Origin: the human T2T-CHM13v2.0 reference genome, Homo sapiens
Direction: 5' to 3' (one strand)
Length of the DNA: 64,000 nt
Assembly (NCBI RefSeq): GCF_009914755.1
Contig: NC_060925.1
In this document: in pieces, positions 1 through 19,454 of the stretch
How positions within the stretch are numbered: position 1 is the stretch's first letter
How the letters are laid out: the number at the start of each line of letters is the position of its first letter
The notes under the pieces: generated by a model
Seen by the model: the letters and a program-made list of their open reading frames with translations, nothing else
Database searches by the model: none
What the model was told of the DNA's origin: nothing
Program-made: the position numbers and the translations under genes

Positions 1-466
1 AGATCACTTGCGGCCAGGAGTTTGAGACCAGCCTGACCAACATCATGAAACCCCGTCTCTACTAAAAATACAAAAATTAGGTTGAGCACGGTGGCTCACG
101 CCTGCAATCCCAGCACTTTGGGAGGACTGGTGCATGGATCACGAGGTCAGGAGTTCAAGACCAGCCTGGCCAAGATGGTGAAACCCCATCTCTACTAAAG
201 AAAAAAAATACAAAAATTAGCCAGGCGTGGTGGCAGGTGTCTGTAATCCCAGCTACTCGAGAGGCTGGGGCAGAGAATTGCTTGAACCCAGGAGGTGGGG
301 GTTGCAGTGAGCTGAGATCACACCACTGCACTCCAGCCTGGGTGACAGAGTGAGACTCTGTCTCAATTAAAAAAAAAAAAAAAAAAGATAGCTAGTGGTG
401 GTGGTACATGCCTATAGTCCTAGCTACTTGGTAGACAGAGTGAGATTTTGTCTCAAAAAAAAAAAA
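1..466 (+). mobile_element. Alu with a second Alu nested in it (81-387)
   Basis: Alu consensus, poly-A tails. Confidence 0.85.
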
Positions 467-1575
467 TGTTATTAACTACAGTCACCTTGTTGTATAGGAG
501 ATCTCCTGAACTTATTTATCTTAACTGAAATTTTGTATTCTTCTTTAAAAATTGTCTTGTCTTTTCCATTTTATTTATTTCTTTATTTTAAGACAGCATC
601 TCACTATGTTGCACAGGCTGGTCTGGAACTCCTAGGCTTCAAGCCATCGTTCCATCTTAACCTCTCTAGTAGCTGGGACTACAGGCAAGCACCACTCTAC
701 CTGGAATGAAATTTTGTATCCTTGGGACCAACTTTTCCCCAACCATCCCGGCAGCTCCTGGTAACTACCATTCTACTCTCTGCTTCTATGAGTCCAACTA
801 TTTTAGATTCCACATATGAGTGAGATCATGCATTCTTTATCTATCTGTGCCTGGCTTATTTGACTTAACATAGTGTCCTCCAGGTTCATCCATGTTGTAA
901 ATGACAGGATTCTCTTCTTTTTTAGGGCTGAATAGTATTCCATATATAAATGCCACATTTTCTTTACCCATTCATCTACTGATGGGCATTGAGGTGGGCT
1001 CCATATCTTGATTATTGTGAATAGTGCTGCAATGGACGTGGGAATACAAATGTCTCTTCAGCAGACTGATTTGATTTCCTTTCCTTCAGATATACACCCA
1101 GTAGCGGAATTAGAGCATGACATGGTTTGGCTGTGTCCCCACCCAAATCTCATCTTGAATTGTAGTTCCCATAATCCCCACGTGTCATGGGAGGGACCCA
1201 GTGGGAGTAATTGAATCATGGGGGCGGTTACCTCCATGCCATTCTTGTGATAGTGAGTTCTCACGAGATATGATGGTTTCACAAGGGGCTTTTCCCCTTT
1301 GCTCATCTCTCATTCTCCCTCCTTCCACCTTGTAAAGAGGTGCCTTCCACCATGATTGTAAGTTTCCTGAGGACTCCCCAGCCATGTGGAACTGTGAGTC
1401 AATTAAACTTCTTTTCTTTGTAAATTACCCAGTCTCAGGTGGGTGGGTAATTTCTTTATAAATTACCCAGTGTGAGAATGGACTAATGCAGAGCATGTGG
1501 TAGTTCCATTTTTATTTTTTTGACGAACCTCCACACTATTTTCCATAATGGCTATACTAATTTACATTCCCATCA
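467..1575 (-). mobile_element. Old L1 3' end, interrupted by an Alu monomer (~575-705) and THE1
   Basis: CCATTCTACTCTCTGCTTCTATGAG...TTAGATTCCACATATGAGTGAGATCATG...GCTATACTAATTTACATTCCCA. Confidence 0.75.
1118..1490 (+). mobile_element. THE1-family solo LTR (ERVL-MaLR)
   Basis: TGACATGGTTTGGCTGTGTCCCCACCCAAATCTC...GGACTAATGCA; 5-bp TSD GAGCA; inserted in an L1. Confidence 0.88.
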
Positions 1576-4132
1576 GAAAATATCTTATTAACGTATTTGT
1601 TGGGCTGCTTTCACATAGATCAGATGACGGTGACTTAGACAAGACAGAAGGTTTATTTTTCCTGCACATAAAAGCCCAAGCAGACATTAGGTGGGGCTGT
1701 GGGGTGAGTGGCTCTGTTGTGTGAGGTCAGCCTGCAGCCCGCCTCCTCCACGTGGCTCTGCTGCGCCCAGGGTGCTGTCTTCCTCTGCATGGTCAAAGGC
1801 AGTGCACTTGCTCATGTCCATGCTGCAGTCCTCAGAAAGGGAAAGGGGTCAAGGACAAGCAGTGTCTTTTCAGAAGCGTCCTGGGAGCTCAGGTCCACAC
1901 TGGCCAGTGTGGGACCTCTCACACTGGCCAGTGAGAGAGGCTGGCCTTGTAGTCACCAGTGCGTGGCCAGCCAAACCCAGGGGGCTTCAATTCCAAAAGA
2001 AAAAAGGGAACTGGATGACAGGGAACCAGCAGCAGTGGCTGCCACAGACAGCTCTGCCGAGCTGGGAGGAAGCTGGAGGAGCGGAGCGGGCAGAGGGGCA
2101 GAGGGAGTGGTCAAGAGAGACGCTGAGGTCCCAACAGTAAGAGATTGTACTAGAGGGAGATCTCAGAGAAGGTGGGCACTGTAGGGCACAGACGGAGACC
2201 TTGGCCTTGGACAGGACGAAGGCGGGAAGCAGGAAAGAATGGAAAATACCAGGAGGTTTGCAGGTCTGGCAGCCACCAGTAACAGCCATTTTCTGTGTAA
2301 GATAGGAATCCGAGTCTTCTGCTGTGATTGAGTGGGAGGGGGAGTGGCTTGGTGTCTGAGAAGGGGGACAGTTTGAAACAGTCCTTGCTGAGAGGGGTGA
2401 TCAGGAACCTACTTGCTGGTGGTGGGACGCCACCCTGGGAATCTCACCAAAGCTTGGCAGGATTGAGGGGCAGGTGAAGTTGGTTACCATGGTATATCAT
2501 AGCCCTGACCTTGGGGGCTGGAAGATTTCAGTTAGGGATGCAAAGCAATTCAAGTAAAAGTTTTGAGAAAGTAGACAACTGAGTTTCTCCAAAGTCCCTA
2601 TGAGGACAGAAATGAGGATGCTTTCACTGGAGCGATGACACAATTATTTCAGTAAGTCTCCCAGAGTGCGGTAGAAGAAAACGCTTTGTGTTTGCAATAA
2701 TAGATCTGGGGAAAAGGACTGATGAGAACCAACATTTCCATGAAGTCACACTGACATTTTTTATTCGTTAGACTTTGTCAACCAACGCATGCACTTTTCT
2801 GAACAGCAAGCATCATTCACGAATGCAGAACAAAAACAGATAGGTTTTATTGGTTTCAGAAAGACATGGCGAGATGAGCAGCAGGCAGCTTGCTCGTTCC
2901 ATGCAGTGGAGGAGGAAGAGGCTGGGCCCCTGCTGTGTGGGGGCAGCCCGGGAAGGACATGGTCACCAGCCTTGGGTCATCAGTAATTAGTGAGCGTCAC
3001 GGGTAAAGAGTTTTATAGTCAGTAATAGTTTTCTGTAAATGAAAATTGCTTCTCCTCACTGGGCAATTTAGTTATATCTAAGTTAATCCAGGAAAGTCTT
3101 ATTCATATTAACTATGACACATATGAGTCAATGAGTGTCACCCGGAGACTTAAAGAGGAACTGGTGTCCTTTCAGTTCTAGAACAGCTGGCTGCAGTGGC
3201 CGGGTGTTTGGAGGTTGTTTATGCTGTTTCAGCCATCTCCAGGAGAGGCTAACGGGTAACTGGTGGTAGGATTGGAGTCAGGGGCGCTATCTTCCACCGG
3301 CCTTTCTCCTCCCAGATTGAACCAAGTTCATCAACTACATGTCATGTACAGCTGGAAGGGTTTCCTTTCCCTCATGGGCAACTTGTTTACTCATTTAGTT
3401 TCCACATAGAACCGGGTTCTGAAGAAGTGATTATTACAGTCACGGCAATAACTTTAATGATGACAACGACTTTTTCCTTCAATTAGGTCCCCACTGAGGT
3501 CTTTGGTAATTTTCCACAGGGAGATTAGTAAGGGAGAGGAAAATTTTCACCTGCTTGTAAAATGTATTCTGAAGTCTGAATATCTTCATGAATTTAAGCC
3601 TGTATTTTGCAGCATGTGGGTTTTCCCAGAAAGGCTTAGAACAGCAACAACAAAAATGTTGCCTTTTGAAGCCCGGTAGAACATATGCTATTTAAATTTA
3701 GACCAAGCTGGAGAATGATTGTCCACATACTCCAGTGGCAGCAGGTGCTCCTGGGCATCCCTACATGGCGACTGGGCACCCCTGCAAGGCGTCCCCAGGA
3801 GACGCACATGAGCAGTTTACTCCCCAGCTCTGCCCTGTCTTTTGTCCTCAGCTGGGCCATTTATTGATGATAATAGCACCGTGCATTTATGTAGTAACTT
3901 AGAATTCCATCACAGTGCCACAGCAGTGTAGGATATTTGTGTCGGGGGAAAAATATGACATTCACCATTTTACTATGGATGCAGTGACCCCAGCCATTCA
4001 TTTCTTGGGGAGAATTAAGTGAACTGCATCAAGTCTCCGAGCAGGGAATGGAAAATGAGTATCAGTGGAGTGTGAGTTAATCTATTTGCCAGACGCTGTG
4101 TATTTCACTGGCTGCATTAACAGTACACATGA

Positions 4133-4458
<326 letters not shown>

Positions 4459-5313
4459 CTCTGTCTACTCTCTTAACTGTTCTGAGCCAACTTCCACCAG
4501 CTTTGCCCAGGGAGAGCCACACCTGTCTCAAGCCATGCAGGGGTACAGATCAATCAGTGTCAACTCCTGCCCAGCCTAGAGTTGTGGGGAGATATAGCCC
4601 AGGGTCTACCTTTGACTAGTGGTGGACAGGAGCTAGTAGATACACTGTTTTGCCATCTTTCCCCAGGAGAACAGTTCTGAGACTATTTTCATAAGGTTTC
4701 TCTGAGGGTCCTGGCAAACGGATCCGCCTGGCCAATTCAGTAACAATCTTTGTACTGGCTTTTATGACCATATCTCCCACCCTGACTTCTGCTTGCTGGG
4801 CTTACACCCCCATCTACTCTGCCTTCAGCAGCCTTTCTAGGCTCTGCCTAGACAGAGAGTCACTTTAAGAAAAAATCCACTTAATTGCTACTTCTAACAA
4901 CACTTTAATTTCCTACCCACAAAAATTAAATTTTAATATTTCATAATGAGCTCATCAATTATGCTTCACTGTCTCGTAATAACACCCGCTGGAATTTTGC
5001 CCGGAATGATTAAATAGCATATCTACCTATGAACCATGCAGGGCAGGGTGGGGCAGTGGAAGGAAGATGGACTTTGAGGTTTCCAGTCCAGCCCCAGTCA
5101 TTACTAAATATGTGTTCCTGGGCAACTCGCTTAACCTCTCTGAGTCTTTCTCAGCCTCGTGTGTGAAATGGCTGTAATATAATAAAACTAGAGATTAATG
5201 ACAAATGAAAAGGCAAAAAGACCTTTCACCTGGAAATTTAAAAGCCTCTAATAACTCTTAAGTCAATAAAGAAATATAAAACGAAGTTCAGAATGTCTTG
5301 AAAATAAGGATGA

Positions 5314-5661
<348 letters not shown>

Positions 5662-6242
5662 CTAAAACTTACAGGAAAATTATAATATTTAATGCTTGTA
5701 TCAGTAAAAATTTAAAAATAAAAACGAGTGAGTTAAATACCCAACACAAAATAGAAAACAGACATACAAGAGAGGACAAAAGTTTACTCCTTTGAAAATT
5801 CAAAGAAAATGGACAACCCTCTGGAAAGATTGCTCAAAGAAAAAAGATTATTTATAAAAACATAAATAAGACTAAGAATGAGAAAAAGACAAAAGTACAA
5901 AGTCAGCAAAAATGTAAAATATTTATAGTAAGAGAAGATGATAAAAACTTTAGGCCAGTAAACATGAAAACGTAGGTTAAATGGGTAAAATCATAGAAAA
6001 AATTTAAACTTGTCAAAACTAACTAGAGAAGAAATAGAAAGTGTAATGCTCCCTGTTAATGATAGCACAGTCCCAACAAGAATATCAAATTGTTTTTTCT
6101 GCAACTGGACAAGTTGATCATAAAAGTCCTTTAGAAGAAGTAAAGAGCAAAGAATTGTCAGGAAAATTCCATCCCAAAAAACAAATGAAATACTTGGGGG
6201 TTGGCTAGCCCACTATAGCGCCTCTGTAGTGAAATCTATATG

Positions 6243-6678
<436 letters not shown>

Positions 6679-6730
6679 TTAATACATGGTATTAAGATAC
6701 CCAGAAGGCTACAAAGAAATACAAAATTGA

Positions 6731-7031
<301 letters not shown>

Positions 7032-7222
7032 ACGCATTGAGCCCATTCTTATACCATACAACAGAATAAAGTCCAAATGGATCACATATTTAGATGTAAA
7101 ATAAGGAAAACATGGAGAAATTACTGTATAACCTACAAATAAAGAAACTTTCCTATGACTCAATTTCCAGAAACAACAAGGAAAAAGATTGATAAATACG
7201 TTTACATAAAAATATAAAATTT

Positions 7223-7641
<419 letters not shown>

Positions 7642-8000
7642 TTAGTACCTAATATACAAAGAGCGCCTAAAAAAAATGGGGAATATCTCCATAGAAGAAT
7701 GCACCAGAGATATGAACCCATCATTTACAAAATAAAAATGCGATGACTTTTAACCATATGACAAGATGCTGAAGCACGCTCTTAAGACTCTATCCCAAAG
7801 ATACATTGCAAAAATGCTCAAAAGATATATACAAAAGCAGTTTAGTACATCACTGTGTGTAATAGCAAAAGAGTAGAAACAATTCAGACGTCTCAATATC
7901 TGAGAGAGTGAGTCCTCCAACTCTGACCTCTTCTCTCCATGATGATCTTGGATATTCTTAGATCTTTGCATTTCCATGTACGTTATTAAATCTGTTTTTC

Positions 8001-8068
8001 TTTTTTTTTTTTTTTTGAGATGGAGTTTCACTCTTGCCGCCCAGGCTGGAGTGCAATGGCGTGATCTT
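8001..8068 (-). mobile_element. 5'-truncated Alu
   Basis: Poly-T plus Alu 3' end flanked by TSD AAATCTGTTTTTC. Confidence 0.8.
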
Positions 8069-8287
8069 GAAAAATCTGTTTTTCAACTTACCCAGACACT
8101 CAGTCTTATTGAGTTTTGTATTGGGATCAAGTTGAATCTGTAGATCAATTTGGGAAGAACTGGCATCTTTATAAAATTGAGTATTCAAACTATAAACATT
8201 GATTTAGACCTACTTTAATTAATCTCAATGTTTTGTAGTTTTCTATGTAGAAATCTTTAAAAATATTTTCTCAGATTTATTATATGT

Positions 8288-8956
<669 letters not shown>

Positions 8957-9363
8957 CTATTATAATGATATTTTATCTTTAGATTTCATTTTGTATTTGT
9001 AACTGGATTTAGAAATATAATTTTTATACACTGACTTTGTATTTGGTAATCTTGGTAAATTCACTTATTAATTCAAATATTTTATCAGTATATTTAAAAG
9101 TTTTTTCTTCCCAACCCATCATGAGGTCTATGAATAATGATTGCCTTCTGTTTTTAAAGCAAAATACAGATATGAATCTTCTTATCTTTGTTTTTCTCCA
9201 CTGACTGCATTGACTAGGACCTACAATATTTACTATAGGATTCTTTTATATACCCTTTATAACATTAAGGAATTATTAGGGAAGTTCCCTTGTATTACTA
9301 ATTTGTGGAGGTATTCATCGTAAATGGATTTTATTGACTTTTTCTGCACATATTGAGATGAAC

Positions 9364-10000
9364 TTTTCTTTCTTTCTTTCTTTCTTTTTTTTTTTTTTTG
9401 AGACAGAGTTTCCCTCTATCACCCAGGCTGGAGAGCAATGGCGTGATCTTCGTTCACTGCAACCTCCACATCCTGGGCTCCTGAGCTCAAGTGACTCTCG
9501 TGCCTCAGCCTCCCAAGTAGCTGGGATTACAGACATATGCCACCATGCCCAGCTAATTTTTTTAGTATTTAGTAGAGATGGGGTTTCACCATGTTGGCCA
9601 GGCGGGTCTCGAACTCTTGGCCCCAAGTGATCTGCCTGCTTCGGCCTCCCAAAGTGCTGGGATTACAGGCATGAGCCACCTCGCCCAGTTGTTAAAACAT
9701 CGAGTTTTGGCCAGGTGTGGTGGTTCATGCCTGTAATCCCAGCACTTTGGAAGACTGAGGCGGGTGGATCACGAGGTCAGGAGTTCAAGACCAGACTGGC
9801 CAACATGGTGAAACCCCGTATCTACTAAAAATACAAAAATTAGCTGGGCGCAGTGGCAGGTGCCTGTAATCCCAGCTACTTCGGGAGGCTGAGGCAGGAG
9901 AATCTCTTGAATCCAGGGGGCGGAGGTTGCAGTGAGCGGAGATCATGCCACTACACTCCAGCCTGGGCGACAGAGTGAGATTCTGTCTCAAAAAAAGAAA
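9364..10000. mobile_element. Head-to-head Alu pair (9364-9688 minus; 9709-10000 plus)
   Basis: Two full-length Alus ~20 bp apart. Confidence 0.88.
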
Positions 10001-10204
10001 GGGTGAGTTTTATACTATGTGACTTACATCTACATTTAAAATTTTGGAAAAAAAATTCTTGTATTCCTTGGATATTTTCAAGACACTGTTATATCAGTTT
10101 CCTAGTATTTTATTTATGGTTTTGGCTTATTCACTTACATACACGACTAACCTATACTACTTTTTTTATAATATTATCTTGGCCTTGTTTCAGTATCAAG
10201 GTTC

Positions 10205-10504
<300 letters not shown>

Positions 10505-10774
10505 CTCTTTTCTTGTTCTCTGGCACAATTTATATAAAATGTCAATGATCTGTTTCTAAAATGTTGGTAAAACTTGCCCATAAATCCATTTGAGCCTGAT
10601 GCTTTTGGTGATGCTGGGGGATGGGGTACGTCTTTCATCACTCCTTCAATCTCTTTCATTACTACTAAGAGGTCCACACTTTATATTTCTTCTTGAGTTT
10701 TACTAACTCATATGCTTGTAGAAAATTGTCAGTTTATCTAACTTTGAAATTTTCTGGCATATTATTTTTCATAA

Positions 10775-11440
<666 letters not shown>

Positions 11441-11899
11441 ATCCGGCCTGATTCTTAATGTTGTTATTAATGCCTTCTCTTTTTCTCTTCATAACTTTTG
11501 CAAGAGAATTATCTCTTTTATTAGACTTCCAACAATTCTTTCTTTGTAATATATGCATTTAAAACAATAAACTTACCTAAAAGTAGCAACTTAGCTGCAA
11601 AAAGCTTTGAGATGTTTTTGTTACTCAATTTTAGATATTCCATAATTTTTAGATTTCTTCTTGTATATTTTTACGGTTGTGGAAGTTTTTAAAATCTGCA
11701 TGAAAAATAACTTCTACATTGATTACACTGTGTGCACAGTATAAAGTGTAAGTTATATCAGTTCCATGCAATTTACTAAGATATTTTCTGTAGTGAAAAT
11801 CACAATTTCAATATTAGACGCCACCCATTTTGCCTTGACTCACACTGTTTCTTTAGCGCTGGTCAGCGGATACTGAAATTATCTTCTGTGACTGTGCAA

Positions 11900-12003
11900 G
11901 GCATGAAACGTTTCATGAACCCGCTGGTCATCCTTGCACAGGAGCCAGGGTAACCATCTCTGTTTCGTTCCAATTTTAGAATACAAGCTGCAAAAGCAAG
12001 CAC
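11900..12003 (-). pseudogene. U6 snRNA retropseudogene
   Basis: Reverse complement reads GTGCTTGCTTTTGCAGC...CTAAAATTGGAACGAAACAGAGA...CCTGTGCAAGGATGAC...TTCATGAAACGTTTCAT. This is colinear with U6, has many substitutions, and no PSE/TATA is evident upstream. Confidence 0.9.
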
Positions 12004-12026
12004 TGAGATTCTTTATGGCCTAATAA

Positions 12027-12766
<740 letters not shown>

Positions 12767-13537
12767 TAGATGTCCAACCCTGCCTGGGACTGGGGGATAC
12801 TTCTAACCTGAGAGGGAACTTATTTGGCCACAAATCTGAGGTGTGTTCTCCAATTCACTTGATCACAACTAAACCTCATGTTGATATTGCCATATTCCTG
12901 ACTCTTTGCCTCCTTTGGGATGGAACTTGGAAGAGAAGTTTCACACACTTATTACAAGAAGTTGGAAGTCCTCAACACTTAATGTAAGAAAGGTAATAAA
13001 ATTCACGTGTGCTGGGAGGTGCCACTCACACAGGCCTACTTTGTACTTCTGCATCAGCCGCGCCTTCATTCCTGGCACCCCCACCCTCCAGAGTCTACAC
13101 TGATGTCAGCCAGTGAGGCTTCCCCCATCCCCGCTCCCCGCTCAAGTCTGCCCGGTCCACACCTTCTTCATGGGGCCTGGATTTGGAGCTTAGCTAGTGG
13201 AGACTACACATTCTTTTCCAGCATACGTAGAATGTTTCTAAAAATTGACTCTATTTTTAGGCTGTAAAGAAATCTCAGTAAATTTCATGGAATTGATATC
13301 ATACATACCATATTCTCTAAACATTATGTAATTAACTCAGAAGGTTTTTTTTTCTTTTAACAGAGCTTTAGAAAAAAAGACCACAATTCTAATAATATAC
13401 AAGATAAAATAGAAATAAAAATAGAAATGACTCCTTTGCATCTACTTTCTTGCCATTGTTCTAAGTTTCTGGGAGGCAGGAGAGTGGAGAAGATGATGTG
13501 CTGAGGTCCTATCTAGCGCTTAAAATGTTTGACTTTT

Positions 13538-13842
13538 GGTCAGGCGCAGTGACTCATGCCTGTAATCCCAACACTTTGGGAGGCTAAGGTGGGAGGATCG
13601 CTTGAAGCCAGGAGTTGAGACCAGCCTGGGCAACATTGCCAGACCTCATCTCTACAAAAAATACAAAAATTAGCTGGGCATGATGGCACCTGCCTGTAGT
13701 CTCAGCTACTCAGGAGGTCAAGGCAGGAGGATTGCTTGAGTCCAGGAGGTCAAGGCTGCAGTGAGTCATGATCGCACCACTGTGCTCCAACCTGGGCAAC
13801 AGAGTGAGCAACAGAGTGGGACCCTGTCTCAAAAAAAAAAAA
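13538..13842 (+). mobile_element. Alu (J-type)
   Basis: Full-length Alu. Confidence 0.88.
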
Positions 13843-15256
13843 GCTTGACTCTCTCATTTAAATCCTTAAATCATTCACTTGGATGATCTGTTCTTTGGAG
13901 ATGCTGAGAGCTGTCCCCTCCTGCGTGTGTCTCCCCACGTTTCTCCTGCCGTCTCAGCAGAGCCCTCCTCCCACGTCGCCCCATTACCGCAGCCCACGCA
14001 GGGCCGTCAGCTTTGTCAACTTTCGTCTGGCTAATTTCACTGGAGGCGCCTCTTTATTTGGAATTTTTATAAACTTGTTTTGTTCATAGCTTCCGACTCA
14101 CCATGTATTCCATCCTCCCCCACAGGCCAAATGGAAATGGAGCCTTTTATGAAGTTTCCCTCTTTTTAAGCTGGAAAGTTGGCAGCGACGTCGTTTCGAA
14201 ATGAGTCGGAAAGTCTGGGTTGGGCTGGCAACATCACCCCTAAGATGAGGGCCGTTTACAAATTTGTTTATAAAAAGTGGGGGAGCTGGAGCTGTGTTTT
14301 CTTGGCGCTGTGCTGGAATTCTGACCACTCGAAGATGAGATCTCATTCTAGGAGTGCTTGCTAGTGCCTCCTTCAGGGACCAACCCTGTCAAGTGGGAAG
14401 GCATGAAGTTCAAGAAGTCAGCATTCCCAGAGGCAGGTCAGCTTGCTTTCATTCTGTCGTACTCGGTTTCCTTACTTTCCTCCTAACACGTTACCTCTGA
14501 AGCAAATGTTCCCGAGCACTGTCCCCTTCTAGAAAGACCTTGTATGAGAACCTTATCTTTGCACAGAGTGTGGAGACCGCCATTAGGGCAGACGGGATGG
14601 ATTTGACCAACCCAGGTCACAAACCAGTGATGATGGAGAGGAGAATTCCACGAGTTAGCCAGGGCGCAGCGGGACAGAGGGAACCTGGCTCCTTACTTAC
14701 AACAGCTTCTTGGAGCAAGGAATCTTGGACAAAAAAATAAAAGCATTAGATCGGTTCAAGGCTATTTGTTCAACTCCACATCTAACTCTGCTCTGGGTCC
14801 CAGAGACACCAACGTACACAAGATTCACTTCTTATGTCCCAGGAGCCCATGGTCTACCCAGGAAAGCAGAGAGGAGAAAGAAGACCTGTTCTGTGAGGCT
14901 GAATAATTGAGCTGTGGGTAGGAACCTGAAGAGAGCAGAGCCAGGGCAGACCCCAAGGAGGGGAACTGAGCTGAGCCTGGCAAGATGAACCCCAGCTTGC
15001 CCTCCTCCATTGAGTGTGGTGAGGAGGCCCACAAAGGGCCTAGAAATGTTCATCATGGAGCTTGGGAGAGAGGGAGAGAGGGGCCGCTCAAACTGTGTAT
15101 GTTGGTATCACCATTATAATTGCCTACACTTTACAAAAAGGCAAAACTGTACAAAACTGTCACTTTCTGAAAAGGTGACAGAATTCAGAGGTGGAGACTC
15201 CACCCAAGTACCGTCAGGCACAGCTGCTGCTGGGAAGCCTCTCCAAAATGAGTTGA

Positions 15257-15637
<381 letters not shown>

Positions 15638-16043
15638 TAATAATATTGAAATAGTTATCATGGGAATGTAGAAAATCACTTGTTTTCTTAATCAAAGGTT
15701 TAAAATGCTTTTGGAATTATTTTAATAAGTATTATTTTTACCCATTTCAGAGTCTTATAGAGAACAAATCTACAGCAGCCCTGGGGCTCCTCAGGGAGAA
15801 CAGCGATGGGTATTTTGGGAGGGGCCTCATGGTGGCCCCACAGGCTGAGGAGCGAGCTGTCTGATTAGTGCATTTGGAGAAGGGGTGAGCATTCTCAGCT
15901 GAGAGCCTCTTGCTTTTGGGGAGTGTTTTGACGAATAGTGGCCAATTATTCACACCATGATAAAAAATATCAGTCATGATAGATAGCAAGCTCTTCTCGT
16001 GTTCACGACTCGGAGTGAGGTAGCGTTCTGATTCTCTTCCCTT

Positions 16044-16660
16044 TGTTACCAGAAAAGGGTCCCAATCCAGACCCCAAGAGAAGGTTCTTGGATATCACAC
16101 AAAAAAGAATTCGGGGTGAGTCCATACAGTAAAGTGAAATCAAGTTTATTAGGAAAGTAAAGGAATAAAGAATGGCTGCTCGTGGACTGCTCAGCTACTT
16201 GTACTTACTGTTACTTCTTGGTTATGTGCTAAACAAGGGGTGGGTTATTCATGAGTTTTCCAGGAAAGAGGTGGGCATTTCCTGGGACTAAGGGTTCCTC
16301 CCCTTTTTAGACCATGAAGGGTAACTTCCTAACATTGCCATGGCATTTGTAAACTGTCATGGCGCTGGCGGGAGGGTCTCTTAGCATGCTAATGCACAAA
16401 AATTAATATATAATGAGCCGTGAGGATGACCAGAAATCACTTTCGTCACCATCTTGGTTTTGGTGGGATTCGGCCAGCTTCTTTACAACATGCTATTTTA
16501 TCAGGAAGGTCTTTGTGACCTGTATCTTGTGCCAACCTCCTATCTCATCCTGTAACTAAGGATGCCTTAACCTCCTGGGAATGCAGCCCAGTAGGTCTCA
16601 GCCTTATTTTACCCAGCTCCTGTTCAAGATGGAGTTGCTCTAGTTTGAATGCCTCTGACA
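16044..16660 (-). mobile_element. Solo ERV1 LTR, MER41 (MER41B-like)
   Basis: Reverse complement starts TGTCAGAGGCATTCAAACTAGAGCAACTCCATCTTGAA and ends ...TGGTAACA; TG..CA termini; 4-bp TSD CCTT (16040-16043, 16661-16664). Confidence 0.85.
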
Positions 16661-17365
16661 CCTTGAATTCATTTTTGGGTCTGAAATGGACACTGTGAGC
16701 TGGCCAAAGAGGGGAACTGGGTACCTACTTACTGATTGAGTTTCAAAGGAGAGCTCTTAACTTCATGAGAAATGCATCCTAATCTCCCACATTAATGAGA
16801 TGCTTCCAAGAATGATTATACTCCTTGATTATTGATTAATAGATTGACGCAGCCCAGAATGAGGTCTCTAGGGACACAGTGCAGGGCTCAGATATCTAAG
16901 GTCCTGTAACCCCTCTGAGAATGTAGTATCGCAGAAGTGTGTTCTGTTAATCAGGGTGGGCCAAGGGCACAAGTAATCCCCAAAGCTCAGGGGGCAAACA
17001 CAAAAAGTGGCTCCCTTGAGTTCAGAGGTCAGGTGGCTCTCCTCCTGCAGCAACTCAGGAATCCAGTATGCTTCCCTCTCACAGATCTGCCATCTGGAAG
17101 TTATTTGCTAACAGCCCCTGATGAGAGAGCAAAAGTGTGAAGAGCTCACACCTGCTCTAACACGTTGAACTGATAGCAACCATCACTTCCACTCACATCC
17201 ATATTGGCAAGAACTCAGTCACATGATCTCACCCTAGCAAGGGCTACTGGGAAACGGAGTCTTCCTGTGCACCCAGGAAGAAGAAATGGCGTAGTGAATG
17301 GGAAACAATCCCCAGGCCCCGTGTAAGTAGAAAGCAATTGTCTTCATTGTGTTTAATTGTACTAA

Positions 17366-17706
<341 letters not shown>

Positions 17707-18080
17707 TCAACCCTCTTTGTGTAAGACAAGTAACTTTGCTCAAGATGAATCCTTAGTGGACAAAAATTTCCCTCTTGTCAGTTCTCTGCTTATATAGTTG
17801 CTTATTTCTAAGTCTGACTCAGGCAAGAGGTTTGGCCCCCCACAAGTAGAAACTAATGGGAGTGTTGTCATTGGAACATCTGCACGTGAAAATGTGTTGG
17901 TGGTAAAGGGATGGGAAACGTGTGTTGCCAAGGAGTTCCCAGCACCTGAAAGAAGCAGAAAGTGTGTGGCAATTAATTGTCCTATAAAGGTTGGAAATTG
18001 TATAAAGCAAAAAAATTAAAGTTTAAAAAATTTTAATAATTATTTTAAATACCTGAACAAGTCCCCAGAATAAAAACTTA

Positions 18081-18523
<443 letters not shown>

Positions 18524-18735
18524 CTGGGTTGGCATGATAAACAGAGCCCACACAGGCCTTCAAGAGGGGCCTGAGTGTAAGATGAATATATTCTTTTAAA
18601 ATGATTCAGGAGGAAGAGTGTGAGAATAGTATCTTTTGGTCTGCCCAATCATTTGAATTACGTTACAGAGTTGGCACATTTTTGAGGCCAAGAGCTCACT
18701 GTTTTATCTCCAAGCATAGTTTATAGAGGAAATGA

Positions 18736-19113
<378 letters not shown>

Positions 19114-19454
19114 AGTAAAATATTTGTATAGTGTATAAAGAACCAGGAGCTGCGGTACTTACATAGGAGAGAATGAAAGTTGGAGATAAAATGTGGTCAC
19201 ACTAAAATGGGTGGATGTTAATCCTGAGGTCAGAATGCAGAAGTCAATTCACTGGGATAGTAAACTTGGTCCTAGTAATTATGCATTTAGAGACCCATCC
19301 AGTTTTAGGAGAAAAATACAGCTGCAGGTATGGTGCCCTGCACTCTTCCAAGAAGTGCCACTGCCCTTTGGGGAGTGTTCAGGGTAGTGTTGCGCAGAGG
19401 AGGCATTCCTTGCCAGCACCCCATGGTAAAAATGCACAGGGCTTATTGAAATAA

